Shown: positions 40,559-51,313 of the stretch, one piece after another
Numbering within the stretch: the stretch's first letter is position 1
How the letters are laid out: every line of letters starts with the position of its first letter
Assembly (NCBI GenBank): GCA_016786925.1
Contig: JAEUTU010000052.1
Location: 726-64,725 of the forward strand
Length of the DNA: 64,000 bases
Reading direction: 5' to 3'
Origin: Bacteroidia bacterium
Lineage (GTDB): Bacteria; Bacteroidota; Bacteroidia; 2-12-FULL-35-15
Notes under the pieces: generated by a model
Databases searched by the model: none
What the model saw: the letters and a program-made list of their open reading frames with translations, nothing else
Told to the model about the DNA's origin: nothing
Translations under genes and position numbers: made by a program

Positions 40559-41308
40559 TTATAAGGTATGATTCAGAAGCTTTCCGCCTTCCACCAACTT
40601 CAACAAGTGTGGCTCATACACCACTTCTTTCATTAAATTAATATGTCCCACATGGTGACAATCGGTTCCAACAAAAGAGATCATTTCTTTATCGATCATT
40701 TGTTCCGCCACTTTTTTTGTTGGAATGGAATAATATCCTGTTAAGGAATTAATATTCATTTGCAACAAAACTCCTTTATCAATAAATGCTTCGTATTTAT
40801 CAAACTCCCTGTGCCAGAAATTGTATCGTTCGGGATGCGCCAACACCGGTTTGTAACCCTGTGTTTGCATCTTAAAGATCACATGAAATAAATTATCAGG
40901 TGGATTCATGTAGGAGATCTCAAACAACAGGTAATTGTTACCAAAAGTGAGAAGCTTTTCATTATCTAATTTTCGTTCAAAATCAAAATCAAGATAATAT
41001 TCAGCTGCTGCTCCCATTTCTACTTGAACACCCGCTTCTTTCAATGCAGGCTTCACTTTTTCCAGTCCACCCAATATTGTTTCAGGTGTATTTCTATAAC
41101 CATCACCCATGATATGAGGTGTGGTAATGATCTTTTTATAGCCCATACTATTGAGCATCGTGATCATATTTACACTGTCTTCTACACTCTTTGATCCATC
41201 ATCAATGGCAGGCACCAAATGCGAATGCACATCGGTAACCAACTTACTCAGGTCAACCGGAGTACTTAATCGTTTTGGCTTCTTTTTAAATAGATCGAAA
41301 AGTCCCAA
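40559..41308 (-). CDS. CpsB/CapC PHP-family protein-tyrosine phosphatase
   Basis: DVHSHLVPAIDDGS, TPH, AHPERY and GTDCHH motifs. Probable TTG start at 41308 (ORF track starts at 41347). Confidence 0.9.
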   Translation of the reverse strand: MGLFDLFKKKPKRLSTPVDLSKLVTDVHSHLVPAIDDGSKSVEDSVNMITMLNSMGYKKIITTPHIMGDGYRNTPETILGGLEKVKPALKEAGVQVEMGAAAEYYLDFDFERKLDNEKLLTFGNNYLLFEISYMNPPDNLFHVIFKMQTQGYKPVLAHPERYNFWHREFDKYEAFIDKGVLLQMNINSLTGYYSIPTKKVAEQMIDKEMISFVGTDCHHVGHINLMKEVVYEPHLLKLVEGGKLLNHTL

Positions 41309-41319
41309 TGAATGTATAA

Positions 41320-42312
41320 TTAATATGAATATCGTTTTTTGAACCATTCGAGCGTTTTGCTCAACCCTTCTTCTATCTTCACATTTGGCTCATAACCTAA
41401 GATCATTTTTGCCTTGGCAATATCTGCCAGAGAATCTCTTACGTCACCAGGTCTATCCGCTCTATATCCCTGTTTCACTTCTGTACCAATTAGTTTACGA
41501 AGAATATCGATCAATTGGTTTAAGGAAACACGTTCACCAACTGCAATATTAAAAACATCTCCCTGAACATTCTTCAGATCAGCAAACATTGCTTTAATAT
41601 TAGCTTGTACCGCATTTTCCACAAAAGTAAAATCACGGGTTTGTTCACCATCGCCATTGATCATGGGTGATTCTCCTTTCAATAAGGCATTAATGAACAA
41701 TGGAATAGCCGCAGCATACTCTCCTTGCGGATTTTGGCGTGGTCCGAATATATTAAAATAGCGAAGTCCTACAACTTCCATTTGATAGGTTTTAGCGAAG
41801 ATCTCGCCATACAACTCATTGGTCATTTTTGACACCGCATAAGGTGATAATTGTTTCCCTATTTTATCTTCCACTTTAGGCATTACTTTACTATCACCAT
41901 ACACAGAAGAAGAACTGGCATATACCACACGTTTTACTTTGGCATCACGTGCTGCGATCAGAACATTAATAAAACCTGTTGCATTTACATTGTGTGTAGC
42001 AATTGGATTTTTGATGGAACGGGGAACTGAGCCCAATGCTGCATCGTGAAAAACATGATCAACTCCGGCACAAGCATTATGACAATCGTTGATGTCGCAG
42101 ATATCACCATTTATAAATTCAAAATTGGGAAGCGATAGATATGGTTTCAGATTCTCTTCGAAACCTGTCGCGAAATTATCCAATACAACTACTTTCTTTG
42201 CATTGTATTTCAACAAGTATTCCACCAAATTGGAACCAATAAATCCGGCACCACCGGTAACCAAAAATGTTTTTCCGGAAATATCTATATAATGAAATGG
42301 AGTTTCGTACAT
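41320..42312 (-). CDS. UDP-GlcNAc(A) 4-epimerase, WbpP/TviC-like SDR
   Basis: GGAGFIG, AALGSVPRSI, SPYAVSK and LRYFNIFGPRQ motifs. Confidence 0.88.
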   Translation of the reverse strand: MYETPFHYIDISGKTFLVTGGAGFIGSNLVEYLLKYNAKKVVVLDNFATGFEENLKPYLSLPNFEFINGDICDINDCHNACAGVDHVFHDAALGSVPRSIKNPIATHNVNATGFINVLIAARDAKVKRVVYASSSSVYGDSKVMPKVEDKIGKQLSPYAVSKMTNELYGEIFAKTYQMEVVGLRYFNIFGPRQNPQGEYAAAIPLFINALLKGESPMINGDGEQTRDFTFVENAVQANIKAMFADLKNVQGDVFNIAVGERVSLNQLIDILRKLIGTEVKQGYRADRPGDVRDSLADIAKAKMILGYEPNVKIEEGLSKTLEWFKKRYSY

Positions 42313-42332
42313 ATAAATTTGCTTTGAGCCAA

Positions 42333-43385
42333 TTATCGCTTTACGTACTGTTGCTCGTAATACTTTTTATAATCTCCGGAGGTTACATTATTTAACCATT
42401 CTTCATTCGTCAAATACCAGTCAACTGTTTTTTCCAGACCTTCTTCAAATTGCAAAGATGGCACCCAGCCTAATTCTTTTTGAAGTTTAGTAGAGTCGAT
42501 CGCATAACGAAGGTCGTGTCCTGCTCTATCCTTTACAAATGTGATCAACTTAGCCGACTCGCCTTCCGGACGATTCAATTTCTTATCCATGATCTTGCAA
42601 AGCACGTGAATTAAATCAATGTTCGTCCATTCATTATGACCACCAATATTATAGGTTGAACCTGTTTTTGCATTATGGAAGATCACATCGATCGCTCTTG
42701 CATGATCTTCTACCCATAACCAATCACGCACATTCTCACCTTTTCCGTAAATAGGAATAGGTTTATTGTTTTTAATATTATGAATAGACAATGGAATTAG
42801 TTTTTCAGGAAAGTGATGACTTCCATAATTGTTCGAACAATTAGAAATAACGGCATCCATCCCATAAGTATCATGGTAGGCTCTTACAAAATGGTCGGAG
42901 CTGGCTTTAGAAGCTGAATATGGACTGTGAGGATCGTAAGCTGTTGTTTCAGTAAACATTCCTGTTTCACCCAATGTTCCATACACCTCATCGGTTGATA
43001 CATGATAAAAACGATGAGCAGCATAATTATCTTTCCATTCGTTACGTGCTGCGTTCAAAAGATTAACAGTACCGATCACGTTGGTCATAACAAACTCCAA
43101 AGGATTAGAGATACTTCTATCCACATGACTTTCAGCAGCTAAATGGATCACCGCATCAAATTTATGCTCAGCAAATAATTGATTGATAAATGCGGCATCT
43201 ACTATATCGCCTTTTATAAATGTGTAATTCGACTTACTCTCAACATCCTTCAAATTCGCCAAATTGCCGGCATAAGTTAATTTATCCAAATTAACGATCT
43301 GATAATTGGCATACTTATTCACAAAAAGACGAACAACGTGCGAACCAATAAATCCTGCACCTCCGGTAATCAATATTTTTTTCAT
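42333..43385 (-). CDS. rfbB: dTDP-glucose 4,6-dehydratase
   Basis: LDKLTYAGN, HLAAESHVDRS, STDEVYG, YSASKASSD and DRAGHDLRYA motifs. Confidence 0.95.
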   Translation of the reverse strand: MKKILITGGAGFIGSHVVRLFVNKYANYQIVNLDKLTYAGNLANLKDVESKSNYTFIKGDIVDAAFINQLFAEHKFDAVIHLAAESHVDRSISNPLEFVMTNVIGTVNLLNAARNEWKDNYAAHRFYHVSTDEVYGTLGETGMFTETTAYDPHSPYSASKASSDHFVRAYHDTYGMDAVISNCSNNYGSHHFPEKLIPLSIHNIKNNKPIPIYGKGENVRDWLWVEDHARAIDVIFHNAKTGSTYNIGGHNEWTNIDLIHVLCKIMDKKLNRPEGESAKLITFVKDRAGHDLRYAIDSTKLQKELGWVPSLQFEEGLEKTVDWYLTNEEWLNNVTSGDYKKYYEQQYVKR

Positions 43386-43410
43386 AACTGCTATTTTAGC
43401 TTTCTATTTT

Positions 43411-43451
43411 TTCGATTTCCACTTCCGAACTCCAACTTTCGATTTCCGATT
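43411..43451 (+). repeat. Degenerate heptamer tandem repeat (about 6 units)
   Basis: TTCGATT TCCACT TCCGAAC TCCAACT TTCGATT TCCGATT. Confidence 0.6.
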
Positions 43452-43461
43452 TTAATTTAAT

Positions 43462-44751
43462 CTATAAACTCCAATACGTTAGATTTTTGATCTTACCCTT
43501 TAGGATGCCTTTAATATCGGTCAGAATTCCGCCTTCTGATAATATAGATTTGTAATATGCTTCATCCAAATTCAAATATTCTTTGTGATTTACAGCAACA
43601 ACAACTGCATCGTATCCTTTTCCGATCTCTTTCACCAAACCAAATCCATACTCATGCATCAACTCTTCTGAGTCGGCATGTGGATCTACCACATCTACCT
43701 GCACTCCGAACGATTTAAATTCTTTGATCACATCCGACACTTTTGAATTACGAACGTCACTTACATTCTCTTTGAACGTTGCACCCATTACCAACACTCT
43801 TGATTCTGTCAAATTCTTTTTAGCAGCAATGATCTTTTTTACGGTTTGTTTAGCTACATAAAAACCCATGGAGTCATTCACATAACGTCCGGAATTGATC
43901 ACTCGTGCATGATATCCTAACTCTTCTGCTTTATATGTTAAGTAATACGGATCCACACCGATACAATGCCCACCTACTAATCCCGGAGAAAATTTCAAGA
44001 AATTCCATTTTGTTCCGGCAGCCTCCAACACATCGTAGGTATTAATGCCGATACGACTGAAGATGATCGACAATTCATTCATCAAAGCAATGTTCACATC
44101 ACGTTGTGTATTTTCAATGATCTTAGCAGCTTCCGCAACTTTGATAGAAGAAGCTTTGTGAACACCCGGCTCAACAATGATCTTGTAGGTTTCAGCGATT
44201 ACTTCCAATGACTCATCATCACAACCGGAAACTACTTTTAATATTTTAGTAATGGTATGTTCTTTATCACCGGGATTGATTCGTTCCGGAGAATATCCAA
44301 CTTTAAAGTCGGTTTTAAATTTCAATCCCGAAACTTCTTCTAACACAGGTATACAATCCTCCTCGGTACAACCGGGATATACAGTTGATTCATACACCAC
44401 ATAATCACCTTTCTTTAATGCTTTTCCAACCGAACGGGAAGCACCAACCAACGGTTTTAAGTCTGGTAAGTTATGCTCATCAATAGGTGTAGGTACCGCT
44501 ACAATAAAAAAGTTAGCTTGTTTCAACACATCAATAGATGTTGTAAATTCAATATCACATCCTTCAAAATCTTTCGCTTCCAATTCCTGCGAAGGATCGA
44601 TATTGTTTTGCATCATTTTAACGCGTTCTTCATTGATATCGAAACCAATTACTTTTACTTTTTTAGCAAATGCCAATGCAATTGGTAATCCAACATATCC
44701 CAGACCTATCACTGCGATCTTTGCTTCTTTGTTTTTGATTTTGTTGATCAT
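43462..44751 (-). CDS. UDP-N-acetylhexosamine 6-dehydrogenase (TviB/WbpO/WbpA-like)
   Basis: GLGYVG, ESTVYPG, SPERINPG, ENTQRDVNIA and GGHCIGVDP motifs. Confidence 0.92.
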   Translation of the reverse strand: MINKIKNKEAKIAVIGLGYVGLPIALAFAKKVKVIGFDINEERVKMMQNNIDPSQELEAKDFEGCDIEFTTSIDVLKQANFFIVAVPTPIDEHNLPDLKPLVGASRSVGKALKKGDYVVYESTVYPGCTEEDCIPVLEEVSGLKFKTDFKVGYSPERINPGDKEHTITKILKVVSGCDDESLEVIAETYKIIVEPGVHKASSIKVAEAAKIIENTQRDVNIALMNELSIIFSRIGINTYDVLEAAGTKWNFLKFSPGLVGGHCIGVDPYYLTYKAEELGYHARVINSGRYVNDSMGFYVAKQTVKKIIAAKKNLTESRVLVMGATFKENVSDVRNSKVSDVIKEFKSFGVQVDVVDPHADSEELMHEYGFGLVKEIGKGYDAVVVAVNHKEYLNLDEAYYKSILSEGGILTDIKGILKGKIKNLTYWSL

Positions 44752-44772
44752 AATGTATCTACTAATTTCGTT

Positions 44773-45798
44773 TTAACTTTTTCTATCGGGTTTTCTTAAT
44801 AAATAAATTCGTTCTATAATATCCACCACTTTTAAGCCTTCCATAGCATTGGTAGTGATCGTTGTTCTGCCTTTTAATGTATCGATCACATTAGAAATGA
44901 TCTGTGGATGATTATTCGCGGATCCTTTATAAGCACCGTAATCATTCGCTTCATTTGTTGGAGCCAACTCTGGAAACATATAATCTTTTATATTGCAATA
45001 CTCCACTTTATCCATGTATTGTCCACCCACCTTAACACTTCCTTTACTACCAACAATGGTGATACTGCTCTCTAAATTGGAGTTCCAAACAGCTGTAGAA
45101 TAATTGATGCTTCCCATTCCGCCATTCACAAAATTGAAATTCACAAAACCGCTATCTTCAAATTCAGTCAATGCTGCGTGATTAAAATCATTGAACTTTG
45201 CCTGAATATTACTCACATCACCAAATATCCAGTACAAAAGATCTATCCAGTGTGAGAACTGAGTAAATAATGTTCCTCCATCTAATTCTTGTGTTCCTTT
45301 CCAACCACCTTTTTTGTAATAACGTTCGTCACGGTTCCAATAACAATTCAACTGTACCATGTAAACATCACCAACAATTTTTTCTTCAACAATCTTTTTT
45401 AACCAAACCGAAGGAGGTGAAAAACGGTTTTGCATCACACAAAAAACATTTTTACTTTTTTGTAATGCTTTAAAGATCATTGTTTCACAGTCGATCTTCG
45501 ACAGTGCCATCGGTTTCTCCACCACCACATGCTTATCCGCATCCAATGCAACCAATGAATGTTTCGCATGCAGTCCATTGGGAGTACAAACATTCACCAC
45601 TTCAATTTCCGGATGGGCTGCTAGCATCGCTTCAGGAGTATTGTAGAATGGTTCTTTCAAATCATTTAAACCTAAACTTCCTTTTTCTGCAACATCACAA
45701 ACTGCGATCAATTCCGCTTCCGGATTTCTTCGCACCATCTCTGCATGTCGTTTACCAATATGTCCTTGCCCGATTACTGCAAATTTAATTTTACTCAT
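44773..45798 (-). CDS. Gfo/Idh/MocA oxidoreductase (WbpB-like UDP-sugar 3-dehydrogenase)
   Basis: GQGHIG, CTPNGLH, VEKPMA, WNR..YY..W.G and DGGTL motifs; start at MSKIKF. Confidence 0.85.
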   Translation of the reverse strand: MSKIKFAVIGQGHIGKRHAEMVRRNPEAELIAVCDVAEKGSLGLNDLKEPFYNTPEAMLAAHPEIEVVNVCTPNGLHAKHSLVALDADKHVVVEKPMALSKIDCETMIFKALQKSKNVFCVMQNRFSPPSVWLKKIVEEKIVGDVYMVQLNCYWNRDERYYKKGGWKGTQELDGGTLFTQFSHWIDLLYWIFGDVSNIQAKFNDFNHAALTEFEDSGFVNFNFVNGGMGSINYSTAVWNSNLESSITIVGSKGSVKVGGQYMDKVEYCNIKDYMFPELAPTNEANDYGAYKGSANNHPQIISNVIDTLKGRTTITTNAMEGLKVVDIIERIYLLRKPDRKS

Positions 45799-45805
45799 AT
45801 TTTTC

Positions 45806-46387
45806 CTATTCAACGATCTTTGAAACTTTATTCCCTTCTAATTTATACTTATCCCTACTTTCAGGACAAACAGCAATTCCATCCTTATCAAAACTTAAAC
45901 GATGGCCGTATTCACTGATCCATCCCATTTGTTTGGCCGGATTTCCCACCCATAATGAATAGGGAGGAACATTCTTAGTGACCACCGCACCTGCACCGAT
46001 AAAAGCATACTCACCAATATCATGACCACAAACGATGGTTGCATTTGCACCAATGGATGATCCTTTACCAACGTGTGTCTTTGCATATTCATTTTTACGA
46101 TTAATAGCACTTCTCGGATTGATCACATTGGTAAATACCATAGATGGCCCAAGAAACACATCATCATCGCAAGTTACTCCAGTATAAATAGAAACATTAT
46201 TTTGCACCTTTACATTACGCCCCAACACAACATCTGGTGATATCACTACATTCTGGCCAATATTACAATTCTCACCAAGCGTACAATTAGGCATGATGTG
46301 TGAAAAGTGCCAGATCTTGGTTCCTTTACCGATCTTACATCCCTGATCAATAACAGCTGTTTCGTGTGCAAAAAACTCTTGACTCAT
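45806..46387 (-). CDS. Hexapeptide N-acetyltransferase (WbpD-like)
   Basis: TKIWHFSH, KVQNNVSIY, GPSMVFTN and IGANATIVCG motifs. Confidence 0.9.
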   Translation of the reverse strand: MSQEFFAHETAVIDQGCKIGKGTKIWHFSHIMPNCTLGENCNIGQNVVISPDVVLGRNVKVQNNVSIYTGVTCDDDVFLGPSMVFTNVINPRSAINRKNEYAKTHVGKGSSIGANATIVCGHDIGEYAFIGAGAVVTKNVPPYSLWVGNPAKQMGWISEYGHRLSFDKDGIAVCPESRDKYKLEGNKVSKIVE

Positions 46388-46388
46388 A

Positions 46389-47366
46389 CTAGTTAAACTG
46401 TCTGTGTTCTGTTTTATTTAATTCCTCTCTTGAAAGCGATTTAAAGTACTCATACGTGATCTTTAATCCTTCTGCTCTACTCACTTTCGGTTCCCAGCCC
46501 AATATTGCTTTAGCTTTAGTAATATCCGGTTTGCGTTGTTTCGGATCATCCTGAGGTAATGGCTTAGAAATAAGCTTTTGATTCGTACCTGTTAGTTTAA
46601 TGATCTCTTCACCAAATTCTTTAATGGTGATCTCACTTGGATTACCAATATTTACAGGATAAACATAGTCACTCATTAACAAACGGTAGATCCCTTCAAC
46701 AAGATCATCTACATAACAGAATGAGCGTGTTTGTGAGCCATCACCAAACATCGTAAGATCTTCACCACGCAATGCCTGACCAATAAATGCAGGCAACACA
46801 CGTCCGTCATTCAGACGCATACGTGGTCCGTACGTATTAAAAATTCGAACGATACGTGTTTCTACGCCATGGTAAGTATGATACGCCATCGTCATGGCTT
46901 CCATAAAACGTTTGGCTTCATCGTACACACCACGTGGTCCAACCGGATTTACATTTCCCCAATACTCTTCTGTTTGAGGATGTACCAATGGATCACCATA
47001 TACTTCAGAGGTTGAAGCAACCAATATTCTTGCTTTTTTTACACGTGCCAAGCCCAGCAAATTATGCGTTCCTAATGAACTAACCTTCAAGGTTTGGATA
47101 GGGATTTTTAGATAATCGATCGGTGATGCAGGTGAAGCAAAATGAAGAATGTAATCCAACTCACCCGGAACAAACACAAATTTGGAAACATCATGATGAT
47201 AGAATTCAAAATTCTCCAACTTCATCAAATGTTCAATATTCTTCAGATCACCGGTGATCAAATTATCCATTCCGATAACATGACATCCTTCCTTGATAAA
47301 CCGGTCGCAAAGATGGGATCCTAAAAACCCTGCTGCACCCGTAATTAAAACACGTTTTTTAGCCAC
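46389..47366 (-). CDS. UDP-glucuronate decarboxylase (UDP-xylose synthase) family
   Basis: [36 protein letters not shown] and [10 protein letters not shown] motifs; GTG start. Confidence 0.92.
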   Translation of the reverse strand: MAKKRVLITGAAGFLGSHLCDRFIKEGCHVIGMDNLITGDLKNIEHLMKLENFEFYHHDVSKFVFVPGELDYILHFASPASPIDYLKIPIQTLKVSSLGTHNLLGLARVKKARILVASTSEVYGDPLVHPQTEEYWGNVNPVGPRGVYDEAKRFMEAMTMAYHTYHGVETRIVRIFNTYGPRMRLNDGRVLPAFIGQALRGEDLTMFGDGSQTRSFCYVDDLVEGIYRLLMSDYVYPVNIGNPSEITIKEFGEEIIKLTGTNQKLISKPLPQDDPKQRKPDITKAKAILGWEPKVSRAEGLKITYEYFKSLSREELNKTEHRQFN

Positions 47367-47374
47367 AATAAGAT

Positions 47375-47959
47375 TTATTTAATTTCAGTTAATTCATATT
47401 TTTGAATAGCAGATACCTTCACAATGATCGGATATTCCGCATTGTCGAGTATCCACATTTCATCACCAAAAGTTCCCCATGTAACATTCAGTGTATTGAC
47501 GATCGTTTTTTTTCCGTTGATCATTACATACATTGGTTGTTCACCTTTCAATGTCATATCATCGGCTTTCAATTCGCAACCGGCACGAACTTTTGTCTTT
47601 TTGTTGTTCTTTAATTCATTGTACATTTTTTTGCTTACAATAAATCCCGGCAACACATCGCTCAACTCATCATCGTTAGAGTTGATCGGGAAAGAGAAGA
47701 TAATATTGATAGCATTTTCTAAAGCTGATTTAAGGATCAAGAAAGTTCCTTTATCATCATACTTATTTTTTTTATTCCAGGAGATCTTCATTGGAGATGC
47801 CAATGAAGTAAGTGTTACTGTTTGATCAACCGGGCCATCGTATTCTGCTAACTTATAAACCAAGGTTTGACCTTCTTTGATTTTAACCGGCTCTTGTGCC
47901 AATGCAACAGCGCAGATCAATAATGCTACAACTGTTGATACAAATTTTATTGTTTTCAT
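47375..47959 (-). CDS. Hypothetical secreted protein
   Basis: 194 aa with signal peptide; no motif recognised. Confidence 0.75.
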   Translation of the reverse strand: MKTIKFVSTVVALLICAVALAQEPVKIKEGQTLVYKLAEYDGPVDQTVTLTSLASPMKISWNKKNKYDDKGTFLILKSALENAINIIFSFPINSNDDELSDVLPGFIVSKKMYNELKNNKKTKVRAGCELKADDMTLKGEQPMYVMINGKKTIVNTLNVTWGTFGDEMWILDNAEYPIIVKVSAIQKYELTEIK

Positions 47960-47967
47960 CTTATAAA

Positions 47968-49278
47968 TTATTTAACTGTTTCTCTACCAATGCTGGAATA
48001 GAAATACCCCAATTCTCTCATTTGCTGAATTCCATAAAGGTTACGTCCATCAAAGATCACTTTGTTCTTCAATAAAGAAGTTACTTTATCAAAATCCGGA
48101 GTCCGGAACAAACTCCACTCAGTTGCGATCAACAATGCATCTGCATCACGCAAAGCATCATATTCATCCATCGCGTACATGATCTTATCACCAACTAAAT
48201 TGCGGACATTGTTCATTGCTTCCGGATCGTAAGCCGCAATTGTTGCACCTGCTTTTGTTAATTCATCAATGATGTATAATGCAGGAGCTTCGCGAATATC
48301 GTCTGTATCAGGTTTAAATGCTAATCCCCATAAAGCGATCTTCTTTCCTTTTAGATCATTATTAAAATATGCTTTGATCTTTGGAACAATAATGGTTTTT
48401 TGTTTTTCATTAATATCCATTACCGAATCCAGGATCTTAAAATCGTATTTTACTTCTGAAGCCGATTTAGCTAGTGCTTGAACATCTTTAGGGAAACAGC
48501 TTCCACCGTAACCAATACCTGGGAATAAGAAACGTTTTCCGATACGATCATCACTACCAATACCAATACGAACCGAATCTACATCTGCTCCTAATAACTC
48601 ACATAAATTAGCGATCTCATTCATGAAGGTGATCTTGGTTGCAAGAAATGCATTTGCTGCATATTTTGTCAACTCTGCCGATTTTTCATCCATAAAGATG
48701 ATCGGATTACCCTGACGGACATATGGCTTGTATAATTCTTCCATGATCTTTCTTGCCTTGTCGGAACTTGTTCCAATAACAACACGATCAGGCTTTAAGA
48801 AATCATCTACTGCAAAACCTTCACGTAAAAATTCAGGATTAGAAACTACATCAAATTCAACTTTAGCATTTTTAGCCATCGCTTCACGCACTTTATCGGC
48901 AGTACCTACAGGCACCGTACTCTTATCAACGATAACTTTGTAATCTTTAATGATCTTCCCTAGATCATTTGCCACGCCTAGGATATAGCTCAGGTCAGCA
49001 GAACCATCTTCACCTGGAGGTGTTGGCAATGCCAAAAAGATGATCTTTGCATTTTCGATAGCATCGGCCAATTTGGTTGTGAAGGTTAAACGACCTTGTT
49101 TGATGTTTCTTTCAAACAATACATCCAAATGTGGTTCGTAAATAGGAACAATGCCCGATTGCATTTTCTTTACTTTATCTTCATTGATATCAACACAGAT
49201 AACATGATTTCCTGTTTCTGCCAAACAAGTACCGGTTACTAAACCAACATACCCTGTTCCAACAACTGCTATATTCAT
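47968..49278 (-). CDS. ugd: UDP-glucose 6-dehydrogenase
   Basis: GTGYVG, KSTVPVGT, SNPEFLREG, GYGGSCFPKD and AFKPDTDD motifs. Confidence 0.94.
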   Translation of the reverse strand: MNIAVVGTGYVGLVTGTCLAETGNHVICVDINEDKVKKMQSGIVPIYEPHLDVLFERNIKQGRLTFTTKLADAIENAKIIFLALPTPPGEDGSADLSYILGVANDLGKIIKDYKVIVDKSTVPVGTADKVREAMAKNAKVEFDVVSNPEFLREGFAVDDFLKPDRVVIGTSSDKARKIMEELYKPYVRQGNPIIFMDEKSAELTKYAANAFLATKITFMNEIANLCELLGADVDSVRIGIGSDDRIGKRFLFPGIGYGGSCFPKDVQALAKSASEVKYDFKILDSVMDINEKQKTIIVPKIKAYFNNDLKGKKIALWGLAFKPDTDDIREAPALYIIDELTKAGATIAAYDPEAMNNVRNLVGDKIMYAMDEYDALRDADALLIATEWSLFRTPDFDKVTSLLKNKVIFDGRNLYGIQQMRELGYFYSSIGRETVK

Positions 49279-49293
49279 ATAAAAAATTTAAGA

Positions 49294-50436
49294 TTATCGA
49301 TTAACAAATTCTAAAACACTAGTCGTAATATACTTCAATGTCTCTTCATCCAACTCTGTATGCATAGGAAGAGAAACAACGCAAGCACATAATTTTTCTG
49401 TAACAGGGAAATCGCCTTCTTTATAACGCGGATCCAAATATGCTTTTTGCAAATGCAACGGTATCGGATAATAGATCATGGCTGGAATATCCTTACTCGC
49501 TAAATATTCACGCAAAGCAGTACGATCAACGCCATTTAATTGCAATGTATACTGATGAAACACATGATTAGAGAATTTAGCACGAGCAGGTGTTTTCAAT
49601 TTTGGATTATTTGCAAATGCTTTATCGTAGTAATCTGCAGCTTTATTTCTGGCTTTTGCATAATTATCCAGATCACGCAATTTGATGCGCAAAATAGCTG
49701 CTTGAATACTATCCAAACGTGAGTTTACACCAATAGAATCATGCACATACTGTACTGACTGACCATGATTAGCGATCATTCTGATCTTAGCAGCCAAAGC
49801 ATCATCATTTGTAAAAATAGCACCACCATCACCATAACAACCTAAATTCTTAGAAGGGAAAAATGAAGTACAACCGATCGTGCCAATAGTACCCGCCTTC
49901 TTCTTAGAACCATCTGCACTGAAATACTCTGCACCTATAGCTTGAGCTGTATCTTCGATCACATACAAATTATGTTTTTTAGCTAAAGCCATGATCTTGT
50001 CCATATCCGCACATTGCCCGAATAAATGAACCGGCACAATAGCCTTTGTTTTAGGTGTGATCGCCTTTTCAATAGCTGCCACATCAATATCAAATGTATC
50101 CGGAACGACATCCACCAATACTGGTTTTAGTCCTAACAAACCAATCACTTCTGCTGTAGCAACATATGTAAAATCGGCTGTGATCACTTCATCACCCGGC
50201 TTCAGATCCAAAGCCATCATGGCTATCTGTAAAGCATCGGTCCCATTAGCACAAGGAATAACGTGTTTCACTCCCAAATAAGTTTCCAATTCCTTTTGAA
50301 ACTCTTTTACTTCCGGACCATTGATAAATGCTGTATTATTCAACACATTTTGAATGGCGGCATCTACTTCTGTTTTTATTTTTTCATATTGACTTTTCAA
50401 GTCAACCATTTGAATTTTTTTGGCGATCTTTTCCAT
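49294..50436 (-). CDS. DegT/DnrJ/EryC1/StrS aminotransferase (WbpE-like)
   Basis: NGTDAL, EDTAQA, SFFPSKNLGCYGDGG and NSRLD motifs. Confidence 0.92.
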   Translation of the reverse strand: MEKIAKKIQMVDLKSQYEKIKTEVDAAIQNVLNNTAFINGPEVKEFQKELETYLGVKHVIPCANGTDALQIAMMALDLKPGDEVITADFTYVATAEVIGLLGLKPVLVDVVPDTFDIDVAAIEKAITPKTKAIVPVHLFGQCADMDKIMALAKKHNLYVIEDTAQAIGAEYFSADGSKKKAGTIGTIGCTSFFPSKNLGCYGDGGAIFTNDDALAAKIRMIANHGQSVQYVHDSIGVNSRLDSIQAAILRIKLRDLDNYAKARNKAADYYDKAFANNPKLKTPARAKFSNHVFHQYTLQLNGVDRTALREYLASKDIPAMIYYPIPLHLQKAYLDPRYKEGDFPVTEKLCACVVSLPMHTELDEETLKYITTSVLEFVNR

Positions 50437-50547
50437 CTAAAAATATTTCGGTTATAAGAATGCGAATATACATAAAATAAGGATAAAATCGGGACAATTT
50501 TTGCATTAAAACTTCGTTAAAAAATGCTTACATTAGCACGTTTTTAT

Positions 50548-51300
50548 ATGAAAAAGATATACCTCATTTTCTGGTTCTGTTTTGCCATTTTTCTTTCTGC
50601 AAGATCGCAAGTGAGCGTTAAGGACTCATCCGTTGCAAGCCCAATGATTTCAGCATCTTACGGGTATTATTTTTCTGCAGGCGACTTAACTAAACGCTTT
50701 GGAAACAATTCCTCTATTCAGCTCAGTGTAGATTTCAAATCCAAATACAATTGGATTGTTGGTCTTAACGGAAGCTATATTTTCGGAAAAACAGTTAAAG
50801 AAAGCCTGTTCGACAGCATTGCCTCTCCTGATGGCTTTATAATTGACAAGTTAGGCGGATTTGCAGACATCCGTCTTTACGAAAGAGGCTTTACCGCTTC
50901 GGCTACTTTAGGCCGTTTGTTCCCATTTAAAAGGCCTAATCCAAATTCCGGAATAGTATTTAACATTGGATTGGGATTCATTCAACACAAGATCCGCATC
51001 GAAACCATTGGCAATAATGTTCCACAGCTGGACAGTGACTATAAAAAAGGATATGACCGGCTGACCAATGGCTTTCTTTTAAGTCAAAATTTAGGCTACA
51101 TGTATCTGAGCAACAATCGTATTGCTAATTTTTACATCGGTTTTGAATGTATGCAAGGATTTACCCAAAACAGACGCAGCTACAACTTTGATCAAATGAA
51201 ACAGGATACAGAGAAACGGGTGGATATTCTTTACGGAGGAAAAGTTGCCTGGATATTGCCTTTATACAAAAAAGCACCTAAAGAATTCTACACTTATTAG
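50548..51300 (+). CDS. Hypothetical outer-membrane beta-barrel-like protein
   Basis: Signal peptide MKKIYLIF..., alternating aromatic beta-strand pattern, aromatic C-terminus. Confidence 0.6.
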   Translation: MKKIYLIFWFCFAIFLSARSQVSVKDSSVASPMISASYGYYFSAGDLTKRFGNNSSIQLSVDFKSKYNWIVGLNGSYIFGKTVKESLFDSIASPDGFIIDKLGGFADIRLYERGFTASATLGRLFPFKRPNPNSGIVFNIGLGFIQHKIRIETIGNNVPQLDSDYKKGYDRLTNGFLLSQNLGYMYLSNNRIANFYIGFECMQGFTQNRRSYNFDQMKQDTEKRVDILYGGKVAWILPLYKKAPKEFYTY

Positions 51301-51313
51301 GATAAGCTCTTAC

